DNA from: Octopus sinensis
Lineage: Eukaryota
Direction of reading: 5' to 3'
Assembly (NCBI RefSeq): GCF_006345805.1
Contig: NW_021833034.1
Location: 1-64,000, forward strand
DNA length: 64,000 nt
The notes beneath the pieces were generated by a model. It did no database searches. It had not been told where the DNA came from and saw nothing but the letters and a program-made list of their open reading frames with translations. Below, one piece after another: positions 38,801 to 53,800 of the stretch (positions are counted from its first letter, which is position 1; the number at the start of each line of letters is the position of its first letter). A program made the position numbers and the translations under genes.

Positions 38801-41800
38801 TAAACTAAACTTACTAGTTCGTTCATTTTTTTTTCGATAGAAATAAAGTTAAATTAAAATACATGGGTAGTAATAGTTCTCACATCGACAATGCTCTTCT
38901 CAATACGTGTGATGTACCAGTTAAGACAATCTTTTGCACTTCTTGCAGGGATGGTAAGCCAGGGATCATTCATAAATAATTTTCGGTTCCCTTCTTGATC
39001 ATCCTAGTGCTCCTACGGTCACTGGTATTGTAACTGCCTTGAGATGCCACATTTTCTCAATTTCAATGAGCAGGTCTTTATATTTTCTGAGCTTGTCAAA
39101 TTCTTTCGCCGAGATATTATGATCACAGGGGATGCTCATGTCGATCAATAAGCAAACTTTATTGTTTTGGTCTTTCACAACAATATCTGGTTTATTGGCC
39201 TTGATGGTTCGGTCTGTATGTACTGGAAAGTCCCGCAGAATCGTTACATTTTCTCCTTCAGTTACAGCTTCAGGGTGGTGATTATACCACTTGTCGGCAG
39301 TTTTGATATTGCAATGCCGACTTATTAGCCAGTGTAGATATTGGCCAACTCTGTCATGTCTTAATTTATACTCCACTGGTGCTAAGACTTTACATCCAGA
39401 GATTAGGTGGTCCACTGTTCAATCATGACGTTGCAGAATCAGCATTTGGGTCTGCTCCATTTTTCATCACATTGGCCTGGTAGTTCCGGGTTAATAGGCT
39501 TTGATCTTGAGCAGCCAGGATGAAACCTTCGCTCTCTGCTTTTAGCCCTGAGCTCCGTAGCCACTGATGAGTTTGCTTCTGGTCAACATCAGCTTGTTTG
39601 CTACGGGCCACATATTTGCCATGCAGAGGTTTCTCCTCCCACCTATCAGCCAATTGCTCGTGCGCTTTTTTCGTTGCCATATTTCACCTTCTTTGCAACA
39701 ATAGTTGCCGTACTTCCCTCGGGTTGTTCAGTTTGGGTATCCTGCACAAGATCAATAGCAAATTTTTCGCTTTCCTTATGATAGAATGAAGCTTCTTTCG
39801 TATCTCGTGATTTTCCACGAGCTTTAGCATCCAGTCATTCGTTATTTTGAGATATTTGGCCAGTCCAATTGTGGTTGTTTTGTAAGCTAGTTCAAATTGA
39901 ATCAGGCCTCGACCTCCTTGGGCTCTGGGAAGGTAAAGGCGATCTACGTCTGCCTTTGGTGGTGCATCCTATTAAACTCAGCAGCTTGCGTATTTTCCTA
40001 TCTATATTCTTTACTTCACTCATATCCAGTTCAACACATTGTAGCTATAAGTAACAACTGGAACTGCTAAGGAATTTATAGCTAACACCTTGTTACGTGC
40101 ATTTAGTTCAGATTTCAGGACTGCACGAACTCTCTATAACATTCCTTCCTGATCTTCTCTTTCATGCTTGCATTCTGAATACCAGAGCCTTCATTTATCC
40201 CTAAATATTTGTAGGTTTGTTCTTGCTCAGGCTCTCTTTAGGGATAGTTCCCAATGCACCTATAACTACTGGAATAGATTTTACCCGCACTTTCCATAGT
40301 CTCTGTAATTCAGTGGTTGGGTCCTGGTACTTTGCTATTTTTTTCTAAACCATTTATATTGACTTTCTCATCATTTGGGACTGTAAAGTCAATTATCTGG
40401 CTTTTGTATCCTTGTTTGCAGATACACTATTTTAACAAACAGGAGAGTAAATATATTCACAGAGGTTAACTTTCAACTCCCAGCATACAAGACTCCAAAT
40501 GCCTTCTGTTGTCAATGAAGTACGTTGCTCTTTTGTAAGAGTCCAATGAGTCTACTTTCAATTTCACAGCATTCAAGCATAATTGCTACCAACGTCGCCT
40601 TACTGGCACCTGTGCCGGTGGCATGTGTAAAAAGATTCGAGCGAGATCATTGCCAGTACCGCCTGACTGGCCCCCATGCCGGTGGCACGTAAAAAGCACC
40701 CACTACACTCACGGAGTGGTTGGCATTAGGAAGGGCATCCAGCTGTAGAAACACTGTCAGATCAGGATTGAAGCCTGGTGCAGCCATCTGGTTCAGCAGG
40801 CCTCAGTCAAAATCATCCAACCCATGCTAGCATGGAAAGCGGACGTTAAACGATGATGATGATGATGATGTTGCTGTCTGTCACCGCAACATCTCCTCCT
40901 TTGAGATTGACTTCTGTTGGGAAAATATTTTTTTCCATATCACATCTTCCATTTCGAGATTTACTTTCCCCAACAGATTAATATTTAATTCGTTTTGGAA
41001 CACTGCCTCCAACAATTCTGTATGTTTTCTTTTTCTTGTACTGGTATGCTTTATTTCAATGATTTCTTACAGAATCAGCTCATCAAATATCTCTTGGAGA
41101 ACTTCCATGGGTACTTCTTTCCTTGTAACCCTTTCTTCAGCAAACCTTCTTTTCAGCTGATTCAGGTGTTTTTTTATGTTGTTCCCATTTAGAATCTCAC
41201 TTCATGTACATAATTTTACAGATCCATTTTATTATTTCACCATCTTCTCCGACCTTCTTTTCCATTTCTGTACACTCTGAAAAACTCCTGATCACCACTT
41301 ATTGAATACTTCATTGTATTTTTAGCGTTTTCCCTAGTTTTTATTTTTCTGCTGGGTAATAATTTCTCAAAAACTGACCTAACTTTTCTTATGAACATCA
41401 GTTTAGCAGGCGACATGCTTGAAGGGGTTTTTGTGTTTGGCGTTACACAGTAAACTCTCAGGAATTGTTACAATGCTACATCATCCACTACCTCATTTAT
41501 AGATTTCCTTAACACCCTTCTAATGTGTTCACAAAATGTTCAGCTTGTCCGTTTAATCTTGGGTGATACAGAGGAGTAGTGATATATTCAATTGAGAACA
41601 CTTGCAAAAATTCTTAAATTTATTTGCCATGAACTGTGTACCATATCTTGCTAAAAGTTCAAGTGGAAAATCCACTCTTACTGTGGAGGTTAGTTTTTCT
41701 ACACATTTCTGGTCATTTTGTAAAACTATCTATCACTATTAGATAATATGATCTGCTTAGTACTCCTGTGTAGTCTAGGCCATGGAATATTGGTTTTGGG

Positions 41801-44800
41801 CCAGGGTTGAAATTTGGTAGATGGTGATTTTTGCTGTAGAGCTCAACCTCTGTGAATACCAGCCTCTCAATATCTAGGTCCATTTTCAGCTAGTAAATAT
41901 AACTCCCCAAAAGTGACTTCATCCTAGAAATTCCTGGATGTCCAGTGTGGAATTCCTTTAACATTCGATTGTAGTGAGACAGGCATTACAACTCTCGGTG
42001 CCACCCAAAAGTACATTGTCACGTATCAAAATGGACTTCAAACGGTGTCAAGTCCAACCACATGCATTTTTTTATTTGTTTCTTCTGATCGTTTGTTTTT
42101 TTTTACTTTCATGATAAAGTCGTCTCTTTCTGCCTAATTTTTATTTCCTCCAGTGTGACAGGCAATTCACATACAACGTTGCACAAATCCATTTTTTATT
42201 TCATGATCATCTCTTAATGCCACTATCACTGTGTTTTCTAGTGGTTCACTGTATGTTGGTATTGTCCTTGACAAACCTTCTGCATGCCCCAATCTTTTAA
42301 ATGGTAAATACTCCATCTGAATAAGCTTGCAGTTATAAGACACGCCAATATGCATGATAAAGAACCACTTCATAATCTCTCAAATACAACCCAGAATAGA
42401 AAACAAATTAAAATTGGAAACTATGTAACAAAGGAAATTATTCAAGAACTAAAACCAGATTTCACTGAATTAAATGAAATGATTTATGCAGCTGCTAAGA
42501 CAATTGAAAGCAGTTGTATGCCTCTGAGAAAAGTCAAGAAATACAAACCTGAGAAGAATTCCAAACTGGAAAGGTAAAATTGAAAAAGAGATTGAAATAA
42601 AGAGAAATGAAATATCAATATTGAATGAACTAATTTGTGGAAACGATGTAAGAAAAATGAAGAGAAAACAGATTCTCACCAAGAGAAGAACTGCTTTCAG
42701 CAAAAGAAACACTGCAACAAAAGAATCCAAGCAAATGAAGATTTGAAAAAAAAACAGATTTTACATAGAAAATAAGCTGTTCACATCCAATGTGAAAACA
42801 TTCTACAGAGAAATAGGCAAAGACGGAATAATCATTGAAGACCTCCACTGCCATGGGAGAAGTTGAAGACTTCTGGAAAAATATCGGGAATGATGAAAAG
42901 AGTTACAATTGAAATGCTGACTGGATCAGACACACAGAGGGATCCTAGCAAAATTTATCAGAACAAGCAAGGGAAGATCACAATAGCAGACCTAAGGATG
43001 ACACTCACGAAGGACCATAAGTGGAAATCCCCTGGTAATGAAAAGGTGCCAAATTTTTGGCTCGCCTTGTTCCTGTGTGCACATGGAAAGTTAGTCCAGT
43101 TATTCAATGAAATAATGAGAGATCCTGCGAAAACACCCGACTGGTTAGCAAGAGGTATTACTTACCTACACCTGAAGAATAATGGAACCAACTTTCCCCA
43201 AGACTATCCACCCATGACATATCTATCTGCCACGTATAAAATTTTAACATCCATCCTCATGGAGAAAAACATACAAATTTATGGAACAGAATGATATTTT
43301 CCCCACTGAACAAAAAGGTGCCGACAAGGCTCATATGGATGCAAAGACCAACTCTTAATGAATAGCATGGCCCTTGAGGAACTGTCATAGCAAATGCAGA
43401 AATCTCAGTTCTGCATGGATTGATTATCAAAAAAGGCCTTTGACAGCATGCTGCATTCATGGATCTTGAAATCGCTGGATATCTTCCAAATTTCTCTTGT
43501 GATTTCACATTTCCTGAGGCACAACATGTCAATGTGGAATACAAATCTCCAATTATACCACTCTGATGGAGTTCTGACCACAAAAAATATTAATATCAAC
43601 TGTGGCATTTTCCACTTTCATCCTTAATTTTATTCATAGCCCTAATGAACTTAACAGAACAGGGTATGGATATAAAATTGGCAAGAGGAAAACAAGTCAT
43701 CTGTTTTATGTGGATGACTTAAAACTTTATGGCAAAGACGATAATGAGCTTGAAGGACTACTACGTACTGTGAAAGCATTTAGTGATGACCTTGGGATGG
43801 AATTTGGTTGATAAATGTGCCAGGGTCACTTTCCAGAAAGGAAACTGAAGACCTCACATTCAGTGGAGTTGGATGTTGACACAGTCATAGAGAACTCAAG
43901 CAAGAAGAAACTTACAAATACCTCGGAATAAATGAGGGTTCTGGCATTCAGCATGCAAGAATGAAAGAGAAGGAATGGTAAAGGTGAGTTCAAGCAGTCC
44001 TAAAATCCGAGTTAAATGCACGTAACAAGGTGTTAGCAATAAATTCCTTAACAGTTCTGGTTGTTATTTACAGTTTCAATGTATTCAACTGGAATATGAG
44101 TGAAATAAGGAAGATTGACGGGAAAATCCTTGAGTTTCTGAGTTGCAAAAAGAGGCACCAACCAAAGGCAGATGCAGATCGTCTTTACCTACCCAGAGCT
44201 CAAGGAGGTCGAGGCTTGGTTTGATTTGAAACCTCCTACAAAACCATCACAACTGGACTGGCCAAATATCTTGAAACATCTAATGAATGGATGCTAAATC
44301 TCATTGAAATTGGAAGTGCAACAACTGTAGCTGCAAAGAAGGTGAAATGAATAGCAAAGCAAAATGCGCTTGAACAATTGGATGATGGGTGGGAACAAAA
44401 TCCTCTGCATGGCAAATATGTGGCCCGTAGCAAACAAGCTGATGTATACCAGAAGCACAGCCATCAGTGTCTAGGGAGCTCAGAGCTTAAAGGCAGAGAG
44501 AGAGAAGGCTTTATCTTGGCTACCCAAGATCAGAACTTATTGTCCTGGGACTGTCAAGCCAATGTGATGAAAAATGGAGCAGACCCAAAGTGCTGATACT
44601 GCAACAATGATATAGAAATAGTGGACCACCTACTCTCTGGATGTAAGGTTTTAGCACCTGTATAGTATAAATCAAGGTATTGCAGATAATGTGTTGGCAT
44701 TATAAAATGAAAAGTGCTGACAAATGGTACAAGCACCACCCTGAGGCTGTTAGAGAGGGGAAAATGTAACGATTCTTTGGGACTTCCCAGTATGTACAGA

Positions 44801-47800
44801 TGTGACCATCAAGGCAAATAAACCAGAGTAATTGTTGTGAAAGACCAAAACAATAAAGTCTGTTTATTGATTGATGTGAGTGTATTTTGTGTCTATGATG
44901 TCTCGGCAAAACAATTTGATAAACTCAGAAAATATAAAGATCTGCTGATTGAAATCGAAAAGATGTGGCATCTCAAGATGGTTACAATACCAGTGACTGT
45001 AGGAGCACTTGGAATGATCAAAAAAGGAACTGAAAATTATTTATGAATGATCCCTGGATTACCATCCAGGCAGGAAGTGCTAAAGATTGTCTTAACTGGT
45101 AACTGGTCACACGTATTGAGAAGAGCATCGTTGCTGTGAATTTTCTTTCCTTTTTCCCTTTTATTTTCTTTGTTTACTTTTCGTATTTTTTTACTTTTTC
45201 TCTGTCATATGACTTTGTAAATGAATGAGTTAGCGTGTATATTTTAATTGCCTACCGATGTATACTGTGTGTTTCTCTGCCCTAGGTGTCAGGAAGGCAC
45301 TCGGCAAGAAATGGAAACAGAACTGAAAGATGATGATGGAAATAACAACAACAACAATAAAATTGATAATAATCAGAGGTGTTTAACACAGACATGACAA
45401 AGCACAATGATATTCATATTAATGAACAAATTGTTTACCTTTTGAATGAAATCCTTCATTTTTCTCTCTATTTAGATATTCAGTAAATAGCTGTGAAAAA
45501 AAAAATAACAATCAATCATTTTTATGTTTAATTTTTTTGTCATTTTATAAAGAGAAGAAAAGAGAAAAAGCAAAATCAAAGGAAGGTTAATGGGGAAGAT
45601 AGTTTTTGTGTGTGGCAAATGCTCAGGGGCATTAAACACTGAAAAATGTACAGAAAACAGCTTCTGTCACATTTCGTTAACTAGGTGACCAAGTTAGTAG
45701 CAGTGGTGGATGCTCTGAGGGCATAGCTGCTAGAATAGGAATAACCTGGGCAAGTTCTTATCTCTACTGGTAACAAAGGGCCTCTCACTCAGAGTGAAAG
45801 GTAGATTGTATGATACATGTGGGTGAACAGCCATGCTACATGGCAGTGAAACATGAGCCATGACTGCTGAGGACATGCATAAGCTTGCAAGAAATGAAGC
45901 CAGTATGCTCCGATGGATGTGTAATGTCAGTGTGCATACACAACAGAGTGTAAGCGCCCTGAGAGAAAAGTTGGATTTAAGAAGCATAAGATGTGATGTG
46001 CAAGAGACGACAGCACTGGTATGGCCATGTGTTGCGAATTGTTGAGGAGAGCTGTGTGAAGAAGTGTCACACCCTAGCAGTTGAAGGAACCTGTTGAAGA
46101 TGTAGACCCAGGAAGACCTGAGATGAGGTGGTGAAGCATAACCTTTGAACAATGGGCCCCACAGAGGCAATGATGAGCAACGGAGACCTTTGGAGATATG
46201 CTGTGCTTGAGAAAACTCAGTAAGCCAAGTGAGACCATAACCATGGCCTGTGCCAGTGTAGAATAACCAGCCCATTTAAGAGTACCCTTCAATCATTAGC
46301 CAATAAACTGCACTTGAGGAGACCTGCTGAGACAAGTGAAGTCGTTGTCATGGCCAATGATAGTACCACCTGATTGGCACCCGTGCTGGTGGATTGTAAA
46401 AAACTCCATTCAAGCTTGGTCAGTGTCAGTACTGTCTAACTGATCCCGTGCCGGTGATACATAAAAAGAAAACATTCGAGTAGAATCATTACTTGTGCCG
46501 CCTGACTTGTCCCATGCTGGTGGCATGTAAAAAGCACCATTCAAGCGTGGCTGATGCCAGTATCGCTCGACTTGCCCTCGTGCAGGTGGCACATAAAAAG
46601 CACCCACAACACTCTCAGAGTGGTTGGCATTAGCAAGAGCATCCGGCTGTATAAACATTACCAGATCAGATTGGAGCCTGGTGCAGCCATCTGGTTCGCC
46701 AGACCTCAGTCAAATCGTCCAACCCATGACAGCATGTAAAGTGGACGTTAAACGATGATGATAATAATTTTTTAAACAGAAAAGATTTAATTTAACAAAA
46801 GACAAACAAAATATTTAAAATATTTAATGATTTATTTCTAATCAGTAATAAGTAAATGAGGAAAATTACTTTTATCACTCAGATCAAAGATATTCCATCC
46901 ATGGCCTTCCAGTCTACTGGGAGACATGGTATTATAGTGGATGTGGCAGAGAGACCTCTCACATGGCCACTGATGTGGTGTTAGTGAAGTTAAACATGTG
47001 GCCATGGTGTCTTCATGTAGCTGAAGTTGTATTGTTTCTTCTCTCCACTCACCATTCTGATTAAAACTGCTGAGTCTTGTGTTTGCTGTTGAAATGTCTA
47101 TCAAGAATGTTGAAGTTGAGGTTCTTTGGTGCATCTTGTGTCCCCAAGAATATTTGCAGCACAAAAGCAGAGTACAAGGTTATTATTTTCATATTGTAAG
47201 CAAGAAGGAGGAGGTGGAGGAGGTCCAACAATTAGGGTCATGGTCATTCATAAGAGAGATGACAAAGGAAAAGAGAAAAGATTCAAAAAGAAAGAACTTC
47301 ACAAACAGTTCTACAGTGGACAGGAATTTCCCCTATTTCTTCATTACAGCGTATGGACATAAAGAAAGCAGTAGATAAGAATTGTGTAGGTTGTCCACAT
47401 TTCCATATAGTCAGCTGCACAGACTACAAATTTGTAACTTGTACACTTGACTCAGGTAAGACAAATAGGCCAGGTCTCGGTTAGTGGAAGCTGACTGCGT
47501 CATTCACAGCACGCCAGGCTTACAGGGACTAGATTAGCACATTAGTTAAGAGGGCATCGATGGGTGCCATTATCAACAACAGATGGTAGTATGCTCTAAA
47601 GAAAGCAATTAAAAAGCTGAATCGGTTAGGTACAGTAAGGCCCTAGCATTAGACCAAAATAGAATAGAGGGAGACCTAGTTAAGAATTTAGAAGAGGCAC
47701 TTAGAACTGGCATTGTGTCCAATGTACTGGGAGCGAGGTTGGCCCTCGACCAACACCTAAATGCCAAACACAAAGAACACATTGACCAGAGCTAGGATGC

Positions 47801-50800
47801 ATGCTCTGAGGAAGGAGTTGGAGCCACCCGAAAGGCCTAAGTGGCAGAGGCGCAACGAGGCAACAGAGCCACCATTAGGTCACTTACAAATGAACAGGAG
47901 TGCGAATTACTCGAGCCTGAATGAATGTGTGAAGCCTTTCAACAACACTTTGCCTGACTGTTTGGGACAACTGGTGGGTCAGAATGCAGAGTGGACTTTA
48001 GTGCCTACCTGCTTGCCCTGCCACGAGTCTCAGCAAGAGAGGCAGAGTGTTGTGAAAGACCCATCACAGCCGTGGACATATGGGATGCGATGGCAGGCTG
48101 CACGAGAGACAAGTCACCAGGCGTGGATGGTCTGCCCTACGAACTTTATTGTCATATGCCAGACTTGTTTAAAGGCATCTTGGCAGCAGTCTACTGCAAC
48201 TGGCAGCAAAACGGAAGTATCCCCATCTTTGTAAAGTGAGGAGCAGTGAAACTGCTAAAGAAAGATTCAAACAAGGGAGACGACATAGATTACTTCAGGC
48301 CCATCACTCTGCTCAACGCAGATTTGAAAATAGTCGACAAGATGCAATATGCACCATGCCAGGTCGGAGTATCCATGACAACCTCCATCTGATGCGCTAC
48401 ATCATAGACAGGGTAGTTAAGGATCCTGGCATGGGTGGGGCGCTGATCAATTTGGATCAATCAAAACCCTTCGATAGGGTAGATCATCACTACTTGGAGG
48501 CTGTCCTTAAAGCAGCTGGTTTTGGTCCCACCTTCTGTAATTGGATCACTGCCTTATACAGCGGCATCAGCCTGGTAGTTCGCGTAAATGGTCATCTATC
48601 CAAACCATTTAACATCATGCATTTGGTTCATCAAGGATGCCCCCTCTCGTAGCTCTTGAGTCACTACTGCGGAAGCTGGTGATGCTGAGGGGCATCCCAT
48701 GAGAGCTGGGATGCAGGAGAAGTGTGTCTGCATATGCGGACAACATCACCATCATAGTGTCGAGCCACAAGCACATCGATCTGGTCGGCAAGACACTAAA
48801 ACAATACAAAGTGGTAACGGGAGCAAAAATTTACTGGGAAAAGTCAGTGGGTTTGCAGCTTGGCACCTGGAGAAGCAAGCCCATGCCGTCCAACAGCGTC
48901 TCCATCATGGGACACTGGACCGATTAAATTGCTCATTGTCTGGTTCAGTCCGGACCTCCAAATGGAGAAGAACTGGGGTGAAAGAATGACTAGGGTGACC
49001 ACTCTCACCCAGCAATGGGCTGAGAGGAAGCTATCCCTAAAAGATCAGGTGGAGGTGGCGAATGCATACATCACATCCATCATCGAGTACCGTCTGACCA
49101 TTGTACCTTGTCTCGACCCTACCATCACCAAACTGGAATGCATATTCTTCCACTTCCTGTGAAAGGGAAGCGTTCTAATGGTTAGGCGATCCATTTGCTG
49201 TCAACACCTGCTAAATAAAGGGCAAAGCATGCTGTGGTTGATGATTTGTAGACATGCACTGAGACTGTGACATCTCTGGCACTTCATAGATGACCGTGAA
49301 CAGGTGTGGTCGCCGTTTGTGCGGCACACTTTTCCACAGCTCATCTCCTTGGCCGAACTACAGTCGTGGATCAAACAGAGACCGAGGCTAGACGAATGGC
49401 ACCACAAGTGTCGCTTTGCTCTAAAGCAACTCTGCTGTGCGACTTCATTACAAAAAAGGTGTTCTATAGAGGATTAGTGAAGGAGAGGTGCGACAACGTT
49501 TTTAGGCAGAATCTGGGCATCGACAAGGAACATCTGACCCACCTATTCAGGACAACTTTCAGGCTGGGACCTATGGACAATCACCAAAGATTGCTGACCT
49601 GGCAGTGCTATTGAGAAGCATAACCTGTTCGGGATAAGCTCTACAGGCACGGTTCGAGATACACCAGGCCAACTTGCCCAGATGCGGTCAGAGCAATGAA
49701 AGCATTCTGCACACACTAGTGCAGTGTCCAACCGTTTTGGACCTGTGGGCTTATACTGAACGGCTGCTGTCACATGTGGGACGAGTTCACCTGTCAGCTA
49801 AGTCTATCGTGACAATTGCTCTTCCACCTTCCCTCAACTGGGGAGGCAAGGCAATCTTCATCGTACTGGTGGCCATGGTGAAAGAATGTGTGTGGTGGAC
49901 TCAAGCAAAAGGATTAGAGACAACACTTACCTCTCTGGCCAATCGCTCATCACTTTTACAAGTGCCACTTGAAAAGGAAGGTGAGAATGGAAAGGCGGGT
50001 TTTGTCTCGTGAAACTTTCAAAAAAAGGTGGGAGAATGTTTCAGTCATTGTTACTTGTTTCAGTCATTAGACTACAGCCTTGCTGGAGCAATACCTTGAA
50101 GAATTTTTACATGAACTAATTGATCTTTTAAGACAGATGCTTGTTTTAACATGTCATTTGCCAGACATCTAAGTTATGGGGACTTAAACAAACCAACATG
50201 GGTTCTTGAGTGGTGTATTCTGGGACTGACACAGCCACAAAGACACACATACACACTTGTGTATATGTATGATGATGATTATCATGATCATGATGATCAT
50301 CATGTTTAAACGTCCACTTTCCCTGCTGGCATGGTTTGACTGAGGGCTGGAGAGCCAGAAGGCTGCACCAGGCTCCAATCTGACCTGGCAATGTTTCTAC
50401 AGCTGGATGCGCTTCCTAACGCCAACCACTCCGAGAGTGATATGTGGATGCATTTTACGTGCCACAGGCACAGAAGCTGGTCAAGCGGTCCTGGCATCCA
50501 TCACGTTCAGATAGTGCTTTTTATGTGCTACTGGCACAGGAGCCAGTCAGAAGGTACTGGTATCAGTCACATTGGGGTGATGCATTTTATGTGCCACTGG
50601 AATGGAAACCAGTCATGGGGCACTGGCCACAGCTGTGATTTTTGGTTTTACCTGACTCAACAGGCCTTCTCTAGGACATCATATTGCGTGACGCATCAGG
50701 TGTACTCTCAACAGGGTCAGACATGCAACACTGGCATCGGCCATGGATACGATTTCACTTTAGTTGCCAGGTCTTCTCAGTTGCACAACATATCTCCAAA

Positions 50801-53800
50801 GGTCACTTGCCATTGCCTCAGTGAGGCCCAATGTTCAAAGTTCATGCTTCACCACCTCATCTCATGTCTTCCTGGGTCTACCTCTTCCATAGCTTCCGTC
50901 TACAAGTAGGGAGTGGCACTTCCTCACACAGCTGTCCTCATCCATACTTAACCCATGACCATACCAGCGCAGTCATCTCTCTTGCTCACCACATTTGATG
51001 CTTCTTCTGCACAACTTTTCTCTCAGGGTGCTTACACTCTGTTGTGTATGCACACTGACATTACACATCCAGTGGAGCATACTAGCTTCATTTCTTTCAA
51101 GCCTACGCATATCCTCAGCAGTCATGGCCCATGTTTTACTGCCGTGTAACATGGCAGTTTGCATCATACAGTCTACCTTTCATCCTGAGCGAGAGGCCTT
51201 TAGTTGCCAGGAGGGGTAGGATCTCCCTGAACTTTGCCCAGGCTATTCTTTTTCTAGTGGTAACACTCTCTGAGCATCCACCCCAACTACTACCTTGCCC
51301 ACCTAGGTAGCAGAAGCTAACAACTACTTCTAGTTTTTTCCCTTGTCATGTGATAGAATATGTTTTCTGTATATCTTCAGTGCTTATTGCCCCTGTGCAT
51401 TGGCCACACACAAAAACTATTTTCCTGGTTAACCTTCCTTTGATTTTGCTAAACCTTTTATGTGTCCATAGCTTACACTGGGTGCATTGTAAGGAGCTTC
51501 TACCCATGCCTTTTCTACTGCTCGGTTCACAAATGGCCTTTACAAACTCTTTACATGAACACCACCCTGTACATAACTTCATGTCCCCCTACATGGCCTT
51601 GCTTTTTGCTTTTTGAGCCAAAAAACTAACCAACTAACTAACTAACTACAGATCAAGCAGGATCATCTACCTGAAGGGGTTTGTGATTTGTCAACTTTCC
51701 TATTTACTAAGACTTTCGTTTTTGCTAGGTTAACCCTAATCCCCTTTGATTCTAGACCTTGCTTTCACACCTTAAATTCGTCTCCTGTTCTGACAGTGAC
51801 TCAGCTATTAGAGCAAGGTCATCAGCATAGAGGAGCTCCCAAGGGCAGCCTGTCTTGAATCTCTCTGTTATTGCCTGGAGGACTATAATGAACAAGACCG
51901 GCTGATGACTGATCCCTGGTGAACCACTTCTAACCAGAATTCTTCACTATACTCGTGGCCAACCCCCACCTTACTAACAGCATCCCTGTGCAGGGTTTGT
52001 ACAGCTCTTAACAACCACTCTTACGAATCCCCAGTCTCCACGTTGACCACCAGAGAAGGGATCAGGGGACCTGTCAAAGGCTTTTTTCATGTCAATGAAA
52101 GCCAAGTATAGAAGTTTATCTTTGGCTAGATATTTCTCCTGCAGCTGTCTTACCAGAAATATAGCATCAGTGGTGCTTCTGCCTGGCACAAAACCAAACT
52201 GCATCTTATCTAGGCTAACTCTCTCCCTAATTAGTTGGACTATGACCCTCTCTGTAACTGTCATCACCTGATCCAATAATTTGATACCTCTGTAGTTATT
52301 TCTATCTAAAGCATCACCTTTCGCCCTTGTGACAGTTTGAATATGGTGCTGCAACACCAGTCATTGGGTATGACTCCTTCATGAACTACATGATGGTGGG
52401 TGACAAGACCCTAATCCACACCACCCGATATTTTAAGCATCCCTGCAGTGTCTTCATATCCTTAATTGCTTTATCTACAGGGTCCCTCAATTGGGTCAAT
52501 CTTTGGAAGATTCTCCTCCTCCCAATTCATTCTCCACATTCAGCAGTCTTTCATAATGCCATCTCCAAGCCTCTTTCTTTGCAGAATCATAAACACAAGG
52601 GCACCATCTTCCATGCAAACACATTTCTCTCCTATAGCATCACAGTTTTCTCTCACACACTGTGGAAACTAGGGATAGATGAATGGTTAGTGAAAGCTGT
52701 GCAAGCCATGTAAAAGGATGCTGTCAGTAAGGTGAGGGTTGACAATGAGTACAGTGATGAATTCTGGATAGGGGTAGGGATCCACCAAGGATCAGTGCTC
52801 AGCCCCCTCCTATTCACCACAGTCCCCAGGCAATAACAGAGGAATTCAGGAGAGGATATCCCAGGGGAGCTCCTCTATGCTGATGACCTTGCTCTAATTG
52901 CTGAGTCACTATCAGAACTAGAGGAGAAATTTCGGGTGTGGAAGCAAAGATTAGAATCGAAGGGCCTTAGAGTCAACCTAGTTAAAACCAAAGTCCTAGT
53001 AAGTAGGAAGTCAGACAAATCGCAAATTCCTTCAGGTAGATAGCCCTACTCGATCTGTAGAAAAGGTGTAGGTAGAAACTCCGTAAGATGTACCCAGTGT
53101 AAGCTATGGATGCATAAGAGGTGCAGCAATATCAAAGGAAGGCTAACTGGAAAGATAGTTTTTGTATGTGGCAGATGCTCAGGAGCAATAAACACAGAAA
53201 ATGTGCAGAGAACAGCTTCTGTCACATTCCTAGGGAGAAAAACTAGAAGTAGTTGATAGCTTCTCTTACCTAGGTGACCAAGTCAGTAGCAGGGGTTGAT
53301 ATTCTAAGAGTGTAGCTGCTAGAATAAGAATAGCCTGGGCAAAGTTCAGAGAGCTCTTACCTCTGCTGGTGACCAAAGGCCTCTCGTTCAGAGTAAAAAG
53401 TAGACTGTATGACATATGTGTGCAATAAGCAATGCTACATGGCAGTGAAACATGGGCCATGACTGCTGAGGACATGCGTAATCTTGCAAGGAATGAAACC
53501 AGTATGCTCCGCTGGATGTGCAATGTCAGTGTGCATGCACAACAGAGTGTAAGCACCCCGAGAGAAAAGTTGGACTTAAGAAGCATCAGATGTGATGTGC
53601 AAGAGAGATGACAGCACTTGTATGGCCATGTGTTGTGTATGGATGAGGACAGCTGTACAGCTGTGTGAAAAAGTGTCACACCCTAGCAGCAGAGAGAACC
53701 TAGCAGTAGAGGGAAGACCTGGGATGAGGTGATGAAGCACGACCTTCGAACATTGGGTTATACCGAGGCAATGATAAGTGACCGAGACCTTTGGCGATAT

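Noticed and set aside
46800-47460. Coding-like stretch (ORFs 46838-47164, 47079-47378)
   Set aside because: No motif I could recognise on either strand; probably a decayed TE, left unassigned.
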